DNA of 64,000 nt, taken from Monocercomonoides exilis PA203 (Eukaryota > Protista > Preaxostyla). A model generated the notes under the pieces. That model ran no database searches and was not told the origin of the DNA. It saw only the letters and a program-made list of their open reading frames with translations. The DNA is taken from contig LSRY02000018.1 in NCBI GenBank assembly GCA_001643675.2, positions 1,054,001 to 1,118,000 on the forward strand, in the 5' to 3' direction. Positions 12,501 to 26,080 of this stretch are shown in pieces. The position numbers and the translations under genes were made by a program. The stretch's first letter is position 1, and each line of letters begins with the position of its first letter.

Positions 12501-15500
12501 CAGCCCATACCCGATCGAAGCACACGGAAGTGCCCGGCTCCCACACTTCTTTGTGTCCAGCCCAGCTCCTGCCCCGCTGCCTGACACAAATATCGTGTCT
12601 GCCTGGTACGTCATAATGAACTCCAGCAGGTTCACCGGCTCAAGCGCATGCTCGCATTCATCCATCCCGTAGATTGCGTTGATTTGGTTGTACACCTCGC
12701 TGCTCAGCACCAGCTTGAACTGCGTCTCATTTATCTGCGATCCGATGTCGTGGCACTCGATGAACATGTCTCGCCCCACATGCGCCGTGTTCGATTCAAA
12801 CTCGATCCCCGAAAACATCATCTCCACGTCTCCTTCAACTGTGCTCCTCACATACATCCCTCCTCCTTTCCCATTCCTCGTCGAGCAGCTGCACTGCCGC
12901 ACCTCCGACTTCCTCACCCCAATCCTCCCTCCTTCCTCCACACACATCATCATCATCCCCCCTTTCTCGCTCTCCGACGACACACACACCTCAAACACAC
13001 ACCCCACTATCTCCACATCCACACACCTCGACGTCCCGCACTCCATCACACTCGCTCCTTCCCCATTCCGCTTGATCCCTTCCAATGTGCTCCCATTCAC
13101 AACCACTCCCGACCTCTCCCCCGAACATTCTGCCCCTTCCTCGCAATCAATCTCAAACACTGCCCCTCCCCACAGGCTCACAGACGATCCATGCATCTTC
13201 TCCACTTTGCACTCCCTCACTCCCCGAATCACAAACACACTTCTCTCGCAAAACACATCCTTCACTCTCACCTCTTCTGCCTCCATCTCTCCTCCCATGC
13301 ACACCACAAATGAATACCTCCCCGGCATGTTCGCGCTGCTCTCCGATACAAACTCACATTTCGCCAACCCCAGCTTTCCCCCTTCGTTCACAATAATCGC
13401 CCCCTTTCTGCTCTCAAACCCTTTCCCCACCTCAATTCCAATCTCCCTTATCCCCAGCCTTCCCCGGTTTTCCATCCATGCCTCGCTCTCTCCTCCTGCC
13501 CCTCCGTTCTCCATCAACAGAATCGCTTTCTTCCCTGTCTCAACCTCACCATCACCCCCCTCAATTCCAAAACCCGACAAGTCGTATCCTTCCCTCATCA
13601 CACTCGCATCCTCCACCACAACCTTCTTCTCCCCATCATCCTCTTCTCCTTCTCCTCCAATGTGCATGAACCCTCCATAAAATGTCTTGCACGGCTCCTT
13701 CTCGCTTCCACACCGCCTCACATCCAGCCCCCTTGTCGACACATGCACTGTGCTGCTCTCATAACTCATCACAAACATCAGCAGGTCCACAACCCCCACC
13801 ATCTCATCTTCCCCACAAAACGATTTCTCGTCCCATCCCATTCCTTCCAACAACACATTCAGACTCTCTTCATTCACACTTCCATTCAGGTCTGCTGCCA
13901 CCACAAACATGTTCCTCCCCATCCATGCCTCATTCCCTCCAAATATCATGTTCTTCACTCCAAATGGCAATTCCCTCAGCGCTTCCGTGCACATCAAATA
14001 CATCCCTCCTCCTTTCCCACTCCTCCTCTCACACACACACTTCTTCACACTCGTTCCATTCACCTCCATTCTCCCTTCCCCTTTCACACATATCCCTATC
14101 CCGCCTCCCCTCAACGACCCTCCGGCAAACACATCCTCCACCTTGCACCCATTCACAACCACTTCTCCAAACACACTTCCTCTCAGCACCACCCCTTCTC
14201 CTCCAACCTCCGACTTCAGCCCCACAAACGAGCATCCATTCACAGCCATCCTGTTCTCCCCGTTCCATCTCCCACCTCCCTTGCTCCCTGTCCCAACCAC
14301 TTCCACAACACTGCTGTCTCCAATACTCACATCCTCAAACTGCGTGTTTTCAATCAATCCGCTCCCTGCCACTGACACCTTCAACACAGGAGCCAACGTC
14401 CAAATCCCTTTCACCACGCACCCTCTCACTGTCAACTCCCCACATTCCACAACCACAAAGCTGAACCCCAGCCACACCCCTATTTCCTCCTCAACAATGC
14501 TCTCTGACAGCTCCACCCCTCCCACATACGAGTACGAATAGATCACACACCCTTTGCTCCCAGGCAGCTGCGCCCCCACCAAAAACTTTATCTTCTCAAC
14601 CTTCAATCCTTCCATGTTCCGAACAACTCCTTCTCCTCCTCCTCCTGCCTCTTCATCCAAACCCCCTCCAAATTTCAGTGTTCCCATCTTCTCTTCTCCA
14701 CTCGCTCCGCCTGCCGATCGGATCACAAACCGCGACAAGTCATAGCTCCTCCTCACCTCGCACTCCCCGTCAATAATCATTTCCTTCTTCTCGCTGCTCG
14801 CCTCTGTGTTCATGAATCCTCTCCAGAATGTTGCACAGGGGTACGCTGTGCTCCCGCACCCAACCATGTCAAACCCCTTCCTCCCCACACAAACACTCCT
14901 GCTCACATATTGCAGAACAAACATCATCAAGTCCACTGCTTCTCCAAAAAAGTGCTCCCTGTCTCTCCCTCTCATCTCCACTTCTCCTCCCCCTTCTCCT
15001 TCTCCACACACCACATTCACTATCGACTCTGCCTTCACTGTCCTGTTCAGTGACTCACATTCCACATACACATCCCTCCCCTCTCTCGCTCTGTTCCTCC
15101 CAAACACAACATCCCTCAACAACAACTCCCCCTCCTTCCTCCCATTCAGCCTCATCCATATTCCTCCTCCTTTCCCTTCCTCCCCCTCTGCCACACACCC
15201 CTTCACCTCTATTCCTTCGATCATCACCTCTTCTTCTTCTTCTTCTTTTTCATTCTCTTTCTCCTCCTCCTCCTCCTCCTCGCTTGCCTCCCACCTCAGC
15301 CAGCCCCCCTTTCCCTTTGATGACACACACCCATCCACCATGCTCCCATTCCCAATCCACCCTCTCTTCACTCCCCTCAGCACAACAACCGCCTCTCCAC
15401 AACTGCAGTTTCCCATCTCTACCCCACTCACATTCACTCTCTCACACTTCTCACACACAATCACCGAACTGCCCTCTCCATCCACCCCGCCAATAAATGC

Positions 15501-18500
15501 CCCTTCAACACTCACTTCTCCTCCTTCCACATCAAACACCCCACATCCTGCTCCAAGCCTGATGTCCTCTATCCTGATTCCGCTCATCTCCAATGACCCT
15601 CCACTTCCCCTTCCTATCCACATCCCCATTCCTGTTGTCTCTGCTCCTCCTCCTGCTCCTGCTCCTTCCTCTCCTGCCTCAAATGAGCAGTTCACAATCG
15701 AACACTCCCCGGCCCTCACCTCTATCACCTCCCCATGTGTCGATGTGCATGGAAGGCAAAACCTCAGTCTGCTCAGCATCAGCCCCACCATCCCTGCCTC
15801 TCCTGTCAACTCCAAATGCCCCTCCCTTCCAACCGCCACCAAAGCCCTTGTCTCCTTCTTCCCCTGAATCGTCAGCCATCCTCCCTTTCCCTTCACCGCC
15901 CCATCCACCCTTCCATTCCCCACAATCTGCACTATCCTTTGCCCTTCCCCCATTTGCTTCACCCCATACACCACATCCAAGCACGGCCGCACCTCCTCCC
16001 CACAATCCTTTGTGTTGCTCCCCTCCCCTCCATTCACAAACACAATCGCTTCGTCTGCCGGAAACAGATACGGCAGCATCGACAGGCTCCGCCCGCTCGC
16101 CTCATCATACACCCACAGCTGCTTCTCTTCTCCATCCGACTCCCTCGCCGACCCACTCCACCACTTCTCGTTCACCAGTGCTCGTGCATCCGCACACACA
16201 ACATACGCGTTCTTCCCCTCATACGCCTCGTTCTCCCCAAACTCCACCATCTTCACACTGTATTTCACATTCCTCGATCCCAGCACCAGATACATCCCGC
16301 CCCCTGCCCATCCCCACTGTTCACCTTGTTCCCCCAAACCCTGTTCGAATCAAACAAAAACTCTCCTCCTTCCTCAACCTCCACGTATCCCCCTCCTCCC
16401 TTTCCGCTCCCTTCCCGGCACTCCACTTCAATCAGCCGACAATCCTTCACAACCACCTTCTCCAACCCCCCAACGACCCCTTCCATCACCCCTCCTTTCC
16501 CACTCTCTCGAGCCACCCCTTCAAACGTGTTGTTCCCCATTTCCATGCTCACCCCTCTCTCAAATCTCACTGCCCCATGCTCCCCAAACACACATGACCC
16601 AACTGTTGAGTTGCCCCACTTCGCCGTTGCCCCTCCCCCAAGCTCCACCAATCCTCCCCTCCCTCCTCCCGTTATGTTCTCCAACACCAGCAAGTCAATC
16701 ACCCCTTTTGCTCCATCGCCCTTCACAACAACCACAACAACACCAGTCTCTGTCAAAATGTTCACATCCTTCACTGTCACATTCCGCAGCGTCATCAGCC
16801 CTGCTGTGCACTCTGCCACACAATATGTCGCAGCCCCTCCCTCTGCTTCCATCTCCCACTTCTCCACACACAGCTCCCCTCCGCTGCAGCAAAACAAGCT
16901 TCTCCGAGCTGGTGCAAACGAGCTCGGCACTCCCATTTTCATCCCGCCAAATCGCCCCACCCCTCCTCTCGTTCCAAACACACACTCTCCACCCCTTCCA
17001 CATCCCTCGCCACTCCAACACCCGCCCCTTCAACTGCCCCTTCAATATCCACCTCCTGCCTTTCTGCCACTATCTCTGCCCTTATCATGTATGACTCCAC
17101 AAGTCGGATGTGCACCTTCCCCACCCCAAACCGCGCCCCGATCGCAAACCCAACTGACCCGCACGGATACCTCTCAAACCCACACACCCTGTAGTCCACC
17201 CCTTCTTCCCCCACATACCCCGGCTCTTCCCATTCACTCACACACACCCAAAGCGGAACATCTAGCTCCTCCCCTTTGTCGAATCCAACATGCTCATTGC
17301 TTGTCCCTGCTGCCTCCACCCCTCCCACTTTCACACTCTCCGCTGTCACAACCCTCCACAGCTCCTCTGCTTCCACAAACATCTTTGCCCCTCTTTCTGC
17401 CATGTTGTCTTCGAATGTCAGCCCTTCCACCAAATAGTCTCTTCCCACTTCACCTTCCCCAATAAACTCCATCGCCACCCCTCCTCCACACCCTCCTCTG
17501 TTTTCCTTCTTCAATGCCCTGCATCCCACAAACTTCGTCACCACCCCGCTCTGCCCAACCCTCACCTTCCCGCTTCCCTCAACTCCAATCTTCAATCCCC
17601 CTCCACACCCCCCTTCCGATATGCTGTCTCTCACAACATTCCCCTTCCACTCAAACACACTCCCTTCCCCAACCTCCACATACGCTGCCCCGCCATCCCC
17701 GTCTCCCACCTTCCACAGACTCATGTTCGAGTTCAAGATCTCCACACTCTTTCCTCCCTTCCCACACACTGCCCTCCCACCATCCACTCTTCCCACCCCT
17801 GTCAGCTCCGATCCTTGCACGCTCATCGACCCTCCTCCCTCCACATGCACAAGCCCTCCTCCACATGTGGTGCTGCACCCACTCACTGTGCACGATGACA
17901 CTGTCACCCATCCTTCATCCCTCGCTTCACAGAACGGACACTCGCCGAAACAGATCCCGCTCATCTCCACCTGAGACAGAATCACACTCCCTCCTGTCGC
18001 CTCAACAATCCTGAACCCCACCATGCTCCCCTCCTTCGCAACAACAACCACACTCCTCATCGTCAGCGCCCCTCCAATGCTCTTCACAAAACTTCTTCTC
18101 CCGTTCAGCCCGCAAGGCACCTGAATCCCCACATTCCCAATTGTGGTCGTCGCCTTGTTCACCACCAGCCCGTCCTGCTTCTTTTCCCCGCTTCCCCCCA
18201 CATCCACCACACACCCTGCCCCTTTCCCTTCCACAACAACAGTCCCTTCCCCAATCACATGCTCCCGCTCCAGACTCACACTCATCTCAATCGTGCTCCG
18301 AAGCCCCAGAATGCTCCCCCGCTTCTCCATCGCATAGTCCAGTGTTCTGCACCCAGCTCCTTCGTATCCACATCGCTCAAAATCCCAGCTCTCTGCTCCC
18401 CCGACTGCAATCACCGACGGCTCTGGCTGCAGATACAGCACAAGCGGGATCCCGTGCTCACATCCATTCTCATACCCCATCGCCCCTGCCCGGTCTGACA

Positions 18501-21500
18501 TATTCGTGATCCATCCCATCCTTTCGCTGTCCACCACCTCCGACAGCTTTTCTACCTCCATGAATATGTCTCTCCCCGCCTTTCCTGCACTGCACCCGCT
18601 GAACTTCACTGTCTTCACATATATCTCTCTGCTCCCTTCCTCCATCTTCACCATCATCCCACCTCCAAACCCTCCTCTTCCCCCTCCAACTCCCCCTCCA
18701 ACTCCCCCTCCCTCATTTCTCATCCCCGCACTGCACAATGAAAACTCCGTGCTCAGCCGCCTCCCAACTTCCACTGTTCCGCCATCCGACACAACCACCT
18801 CCACTCCCCCGCCATTCCCCTCCATGCACACCCCATTCAATGTTCCCCCATCAATACTTATTTTCTGCCCAAGCCCCACAACCCCTGACACAATCCCCCC
18901 ATCTCCCCCTCCCACAACAATCCCTCTCAATGTGCTGTTCCACAGCTCAACACTCCCTGCTCCCTCACTTTTCAGAAACCGGCTCCTCTTTCCTCCTCCT
19001 CCTCCTCCTCCTTCCACACTCGAATTCCTCACGCTGACAATGCATCCTCCTCCACTCACCTCCACAAACGATCTCGACTCCTCATATCCTGCAACAACAA
19101 ACACTTCCAACTCGCTCAGCGTCACTTTTCCCCCACTCGCCCTCACAAAACTGAACCCCACTCCATTTTCGCACCCATCCCCTCGCACTGTGCATTTCGC
19201 CATCTCCACCTCCCCACCATCTCCGCTCACACTGGCCACACTCATCCCTTCTTCTGCCAGCTCTGCCTCCAGCACCAGCCCCAGCTCCTCCATCCTCCCA
19301 ACCCCTCCGATCGTCACAACCCCAGCTGCTCCTGACGTGTTCCCCACAACCACCACTTCTGCCCTTTCTCCTCCTCCTCCTCCTCCTCCTCCATTTCTCC
19401 CTCCTCCATTCAACACATACTCCTCTCCTCCACCAAACAAAACATTCTCCTCCATCCGGTACTCCCCAACCACCACCACCTCCTTCCTCCCTCCACCCTG
19501 CTGCTCCATCGAATACCACACGCTCCGACACGGATACTCCATGAATCCACACGCTGACACATCATGCCCTCCGCTCCCCACCACCACCCTCTCCTCCCTC
19601 TCCATCACATAGAATACCAGCGGAATCATCACATCCGGCCACTTCTCATCAACCCCCACACAACTCTCCACACTCCCATTGCTCCATTCCTTCACATGCA
19701 CAAATCTCTTCACATTCACACACCCTTTCAGATCCCCCGATTCCACAAACAAATCCTTCCCTTCCTCCCCTCTGTTCTCGACAAATCCCACATTCTTCAC
19801 ACACAGATCCACATCCTCATCCTCCACCCGCAAATACACCCCTCCTCCTCTCCCTCCCCTCCCTCCCCTTTCACCACCCCCACTCCCTGCCTGGCACCCC
19901 ACAAACTCCACAGTGTTTTCTGTCGATGTGCTGTTTCCCACCCCCACCTTCCCTCCTTTCTTCACACACACATATATTCCTCCCCCATCTCCCTCCCTGC
20001 ACTCACACCCCCGCACTGTGCAGTTGTCAAACTCAAACACCTCTCCCTCCCCAACAACCCTCTCCACCACGCTTCCGTTCCCTTCTGTCTTCACAACCCC
20101 GCTCACCTCCGATCCCTCCATCACAACCCTCGCCCTTCCACTCATCCCAAAAACACTCCCTCCCATCCTGAATCTCATCCCCACAATCAACGAGCTCACA
20201 ATCCGTGTCTCTCCACCCCCAAGCACAAACACTGCTCTTTCCATCCCACAATCCTCCCCATCGCAAACACACCCCACAACACTCTCGTCCACCCTCAGCT
20301 CCCCGTCTCCACTCATCACAAACACTGACACACTCACCCACCCTGCCATCTTCACACTCACATTCATCCACCCTATCTTCAGCCTTCCTGCCCCAATCCC
20401 AAACAGCCTCCCCCCCTCTCCATTCCACATCATCGCATTTCTCGCTTCTCTGCTGTGTTCTGTCGATTCAATCCCAACCACTTTCCCCCAATCTCCATTC
20501 CCGATTCATATGTGATTTCGCTCCCCACTTTCACAACCCACGAGTGCTCCTCTCCCGAGTGGTCCAGCGCCCCTTTCACTGTTTTGCATGGCTGGTCTGC
20601 TCTCATCCCACATGTCCACTCTTCATCATCTCCAGAGACCACATCCACAAATCGAGTGTCAAACAACGGAATCCATTCATTCTGTGTCCCTTTCAGAGCA
20701 TGAAATAATCTGTTTGACAAAGTGGTGGAAAAGCATTCAACGAATTTGTCTCCCAAAAACAATCCTGATCCATCTTGCACATACACATCATTTCCATTGA
20801 AATTCGCTCCACATGTATTGTTGTGGAAAAACAAAATGACACTTTTGAATCAGAGTGATTGTTTCCTGGAATGATAACAAAATAAAGAGATCCGGCTTCG
20901 TGGGGGCAACATGAATTCTTACAATACAGTTCTGTGATTGTGAAGTGTGATTTTGTTTGTTCATATCCAATACAACCTTCATTTCCACCTCTCACTGTGC
21001 TGTTCATAAAAGAACAATTTGAAATGGAATCCGGTGTATTTAAATATTGATAACCACTTAATGCTCTCAAATAAATAGATCCACCAGCAGAATATTGAGA
21101 ATTATTGTTGAAAACCGAGTTTTCAATCAAGGATCCATCTAAAACCTCAAGAAAATGCAAACATCCTCCATATCCAATTGAAGTATTTTCCCCCCCTGAA
21201 ATGTTGTTGAAAACACTCGAATTCACTCTCGTTGAAAGCATTCTTTCCCCACTGATAGCCCCTCCATTGTTCCTTGCTGAACACTTTTGGAATTGACATC
21301 TTGTGGCTGTGAGAGCAGATTCAATCCCTGTGATTGAAATTGCTCCTCCATATGCAGCAGTGCATTTGATAAATGTGTCATCTTCGAAGAATCCCGAGCA
21401 ATTCAAAGACTGGTGCCCTTCAACATCGGAATATGTTTGATTCGCATTCCTGACTCTGTTGATGTTTGTGTATGTGTTGTTGATCGAGTTCAAATGAGAC

Positions 21501-22192
21501 ATAGCACAGCAATCTGGGTTGACGATGCTCCCATAAAACACATCTTCCATCGAAACGAAACAGCAGCCAACCATTGTTGTTTGGCAGCCATCCCTTCCAG
21601 CATTTCTGTGTCCTCCCACTTTCCTTTCCACAGAAATGTTGCTGAACACTGTCTCACACATCCAGATGCTGTTTGTTCCATATGCATCTATGAACGGCCC
21701 CTCTGAAACGGAGAGTGACAAAAAATTCGAGGATTTCAAAAGAACTGAGCCACTTGCCCCATCTTTTCTGCCAATCTGCCTGTTCGAAAAAAGCGAATTC
21801 ACACCCATGCCCTGCTTCCCTGATCCAACTGAAATATTGCTCATTTCCACAACACCAGCAACACTCACAAAAAACGAACTTCCCCTCGGACTATCTGCTT
21901 CCAGCTCACAGTCAGATATCTTCATTTCAGACAGAACATCCACAGTTTCCACCACTTTTCCACTCCCTTTCAACAAACACGACCGGGAAAGAACAAGGGA
22001 TGAATTCACCAGATGAATGCATGCCCTCACTTGGCATTGTTCATTGAACTTATTTTTTGGTGTGATGGTGTTGTTTTGAAGCTCACTTGTCACAAAATGT
22101 CTTTCTATTTGATTTTCTTCTTTTATGTTCTTTAACCCTGACGCAAAAACATCAACACAGCAGAAAAGTTGGAGAAGAAAAAACAACACCAT
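9594..22192 (-). CDS. Giant receptor-like protein (~4,200 codons): signal peptide, repeated beta-helix (pectin-lyase-like) modules, TM helix, degenerate TKL-type kinase domain; four frameshifts as assembled
   Basis: ORFs 20693-22192, 20430-20834, 16939-20481, 16265-16981 and 9594-16337 overlap in series and join by small indels. N-terminal MVLFFLLQLFCCVDVFA; GGG(I/M)Y and F..N.A..G.D motifs; eight C-G-x(4-5)-(P/G)C motifs; TM WALIVIVIFAVLFLIALIVSIVLAV (~10855-10930); C-terminal RWMAPE, VFSIG, PF and RP kinase subdomains. Confidence 0.8.
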
Positions 22193-22589
22193 TCACTCAC
22201 TTTTTGACGAGAGTTGGAAAGAAATTTGAAGAAAGAAAAGAAAAAAGCAAGTTTCCGGCAATCCTCAAGTTTATAAAATTAATTTTTACAACCATTTTTG
22301 ATAATTGATGAGGTTGTTCATAGTTTTCGTTTTATTATTTTGCATAAATATAGAAGAATATGCAAAAAAATTTACCAAAGAAATAGTTTTAAAACATGTT
22401 TCATATTTATTGCAAAGCATTTGAATTATTTAATATTTGTTAAGATTGACAAGTAAATAAAAAAATGAAAATTGTTTGTCTTTGAGAAAGAAAAATAAAG
22501 AATCTTTTTTGACTTTTTTTATGAGTACACAGAAAGTGAGAAAAAAAGTTGAATTTTAAAGTGAAAAGACCCAAACTTATTTATTGTCA

Positions 22590-25451
22590 ATGGAATGGAT
22601 GGAAAAACTGGCTTCGTTTGCATAGACGCTCACAAAAACGTATGCACTCATAGATGTTTTCCAATTTAAAATCTATTTGCAATATTTGTATTTTTTTTCA
22701 AAATAAAACTGAAGCTGCCTCAAGAGGAAAGGAAGATTCATTCGTTGTTTGCTTTGACTCAAGGGGCTTCATTCAGTGATGATAATTCCGTGCATTTTTC
22801 TGGCAGCAGCCATTTTCCAACTGCATCGCGGAATCAATCACAATCAGTTCGAAAACGTTTGATTATTTGTTTTGAGGCAAGAACTGCTTATTCTTCGCTT
22901 CTAGATTCCAATAATGCCGTGAAATGTGGGCCATCAGGTTCCAACGTGTCCTCGTCTCCCTTTATATACAGCATGGGAACACTCACACAGGTTGGGCATC
23001 ACGAGCAGAATTCTGGTTTGTTTTTCGTTTGAGATGTTTGCTTTGAATATTTGATGAAAAGACGTTCCTCTTTGATTGCAACAATAAGGCGCATCAGCAG
23101 ACTTTCTTGCATCGCATGTTCGTCATCCGTCTTCTGTTCCCATTTGCGACGCTTCTTTCAAGGCGCAATCAGACAGCAAAGTTGGAAATGAAGGAGAAAG
23201 GCTCTTATCAGTGGGAAATCTTCGTTCGGATGAAGCATTGTTGAGTGAAAAGGTTGAAGGGGCTGATGAAAAGCGTGAGTGCTTTTTCCAGCAAAGGGTG
23301 GATTTGGGGGGTCAATTGCGTTTTGAAGCATCTGCAAAGAAAGAAATATGTGAGGCCGGATTTATTCCTTCTCTGAACAAAATGGAGGAATTTGAGGTGC
23401 TGGACGAAATAAGGGCAGCACTTTTGAGAAAGAAGAGTGCTTTGAAAGAGGAAAGCGGGGAAAGCAGACTGACAAGGAAAAGTGATATTGGCAAGCGATT
23501 GAACAAGCAGACTGAAAGAGAGACAGAAATCATAGATTTCTCAGCAGGCAGCGATGCGAATTGGCACAAATCAGGCCTTTTGGCAGAGACAGTCACTGCA
23601 CAGAATGAATTCTCGCAAGTTGCATTTGCACAAGCACCAATAGATGATGAGGATGAATGTGCATCTTCTTCATCATCGCCTTCTCCATCATCAGAGGCTG
23701 AGGCGTGTGAAAGGATAGCCAGCTGGCAGCCGAGCGAAGTCCGGAGTCAAATGCTGTGTGGAGACATCGATGCAGCAGTCGGAGGGAGGCGGCAGTCACG
23801 GGCAGAGCATGCGAGTCGGATGGCGCTGGTTGCGAAGTGGAAAGAGGAAGACGAGCTGTGGATGCGACTGGAGAAGTGGCAAGGTGTTTCAGAGTGTGTG
23901 GCGAAGGGACAGACAGACTCTAGTGCTGATGCTGATGCTGTTGTTGTGCAGAAGGAAAGGGGAAATCTTGGGTCAGGGTTATTGGCAGAGGACGGGCATC
24001 AATTGGACTGTGCGCATGGTGCAGAATTGGGGAATGAAGGCTTCGTCGGATTGAAAAGAAGAAGAAGGGCGCGTTTGACAAAAAGACAGATCAGAGAGGC
24101 GAAGGAGCACTGGAAGCTGTTTGGGGAGTGGGTCAGAAAGGGGTGGATGTTTGATGGGGCAGAGGCAGCTGAATGGGACAAGGCAGAGGCAAAGATCGGA
24201 AGAGCTGTTCAGGGCTGTGGGAAGGAGACTGATGAAAGGGCGGAAGCTGCGATGACAGCAGAAGAAGCAAAGAGGCTTTTGGATGAGGAAGGCACAGAAG
24301 GAGTGATGGGTAGTGGAGCGCAAAGAGACCTTCGGAGTATGCTGGCGAAGGAGGAAAGGGAGGAAAGAAGGCAAGAAACGGAAAAGAGCATGACGACTTT
24401 GGAAAGGTTCTGGCTGAGGCAAAGCAGGAAAAGGGAGAGAAAGAAAGGAAAAGCGAAAGAGGTTTGCGCTGAGTGTGGTGAAATGAGTTCCCCAAACTCT
24501 GAAAACGAGCAGAATGATTTGCTGTCATTGAATCAAAAGAACATCGCAATCAGAGCCTGTCCTTCACTTTTTCCCGTTTCTTCTTCTTCTTCCTCTTCCT
24601 CTTCTTCGTCTGCAGTGACTTCATCATTGCTGTTGCCAAGCTCAACAACAAAAACAGAGGATAGCCAAGTCAATCCACTTCTTTGTTGTTCTGGTTCTTC
24701 TGGGATATGCTCATCAGATGATTCTTTTTTTGAAGAAGCCACAAATTGCGAGCAGAGCAGCAAAAGGCAGAGCTTCGAGGAGAGCAGTTGCGACATGCCT
24801 TCCAAGCGAACGAAATGTCAAGTGTGTTTGTGCTCTTGGTTGGGCAATGAGAAAGATGCAGATGTTGCTGTGATGCATCGCCCGCTGCAAGCACCAGAGA
24901 ATGCAGCTGGCTTGGCGACTTCGGTTGTTTTGTCGATGGCGCTCTCTGCATCGCTTGATCGTTCTGCTAGCCATTCCGCCAAGAGTTTTCCGTCTTTGAT
25001 GGCAGCCAATGTCCATTTTCATCCATCTCATTTTGATCCTGCTCAGCTCCCGAAGAGCAGCAAAACAGCAGCATCCAGCTGCCATTGTTCTTTTTCTGAT
25101 CCTTTTGAGTCGTGTTTCTGTCTTGAAGATGCGCCTGTCCGATTGCCAACACAGCCATTGAACGACGATCAGTTGCCATGTGGCTCTTCAGACACATGTT
25201 TCTCGGTCAATCCTCAAATGCCTGTGTGTGTTGCTGACTCGGACGAGACACTCCCGCGGTTCACAGACACAGTCAATGGAGCTCGCAAAATCAAGCGAAT
25301 GCAGAAGCGCGGGTTTGATCCAGAGTTGTTTGTGAGACAGAAGAAGCAAATGTTTGAGGAGGTCAGATCTTCAAGTGCAATCGTTCTCCCTTTTCGGCTG
25401 TTTTATGCTTCGGTATTTCAAAATGTTATTTGTATCTCACCTCAAAGATAA
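22590..25451 (+). CDS. Hypothetical protein, paralog A of a tandem pair (5' exons tentative)
   Basis: 746-aa ORF 23211-25451 with coding-like composition, plus probable upstream exons (ATG 22590, ORF 22745-23032, GTTTG donors). Shares motifs with the next gene. Confidence 0.6.
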
Positions 25452-26080
25452 TCAAAAATTCATTTTATTGTTTGTATAAACAAATAAATTTTTATTATTT
25501 ACGATTGTTACAATGTTTTTATTCAGATTGAAAAATATGAATATTTTGTAAAAAAAATGTATATTTTGTACTGAAATTTTGATGATAAGTTCTTTGAATT
25601 GTGAGATTATTGCAAATGCATACTTGGATCTCTTTAATCCAAAAACAATGAGGTTTTCAGATTGATATTGTTGAATATTGTAGAAAAAAAAATAAAGTTT
25701 TTTTTCCATAATGAAAAAAGGGTGAATTTAAATGAAAACATGTAATGAAATTTATCTTTAAAAAATAAATACATAATAAAAATAGAGCTGCTTAATATTT
25801 TCAAAATAATTTTTAAACAAAATAATACTGAAAATGAAATGGAAGTTTGCTGATTTCAACTCTCAGAGTGATGTATAATTCAATATGGATTTTTATAAAC
25901 AAAGAAGGAAAAAAAGATATAAAGCATTTGATTAAGAAACGCAATAACAATGAGTTAAAAAACACTAAAAAGTTCCCATAATTAATAAAATGAAATGAGT
26001 AATTATTCTTATTCAATCGAGAACAATTTAAAACTTGTATGAATTGTTTGAATTTTTACTTGATACTGTTATAATTGTTT

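Noticed and set aside
10367-20708. Long Pro/Ser/Thr/His-rich + strand ORFs up to 576 aa
   Set aside because: A by-product of the C-rich, G-poor antisense strand, which rarely forms stop codons.
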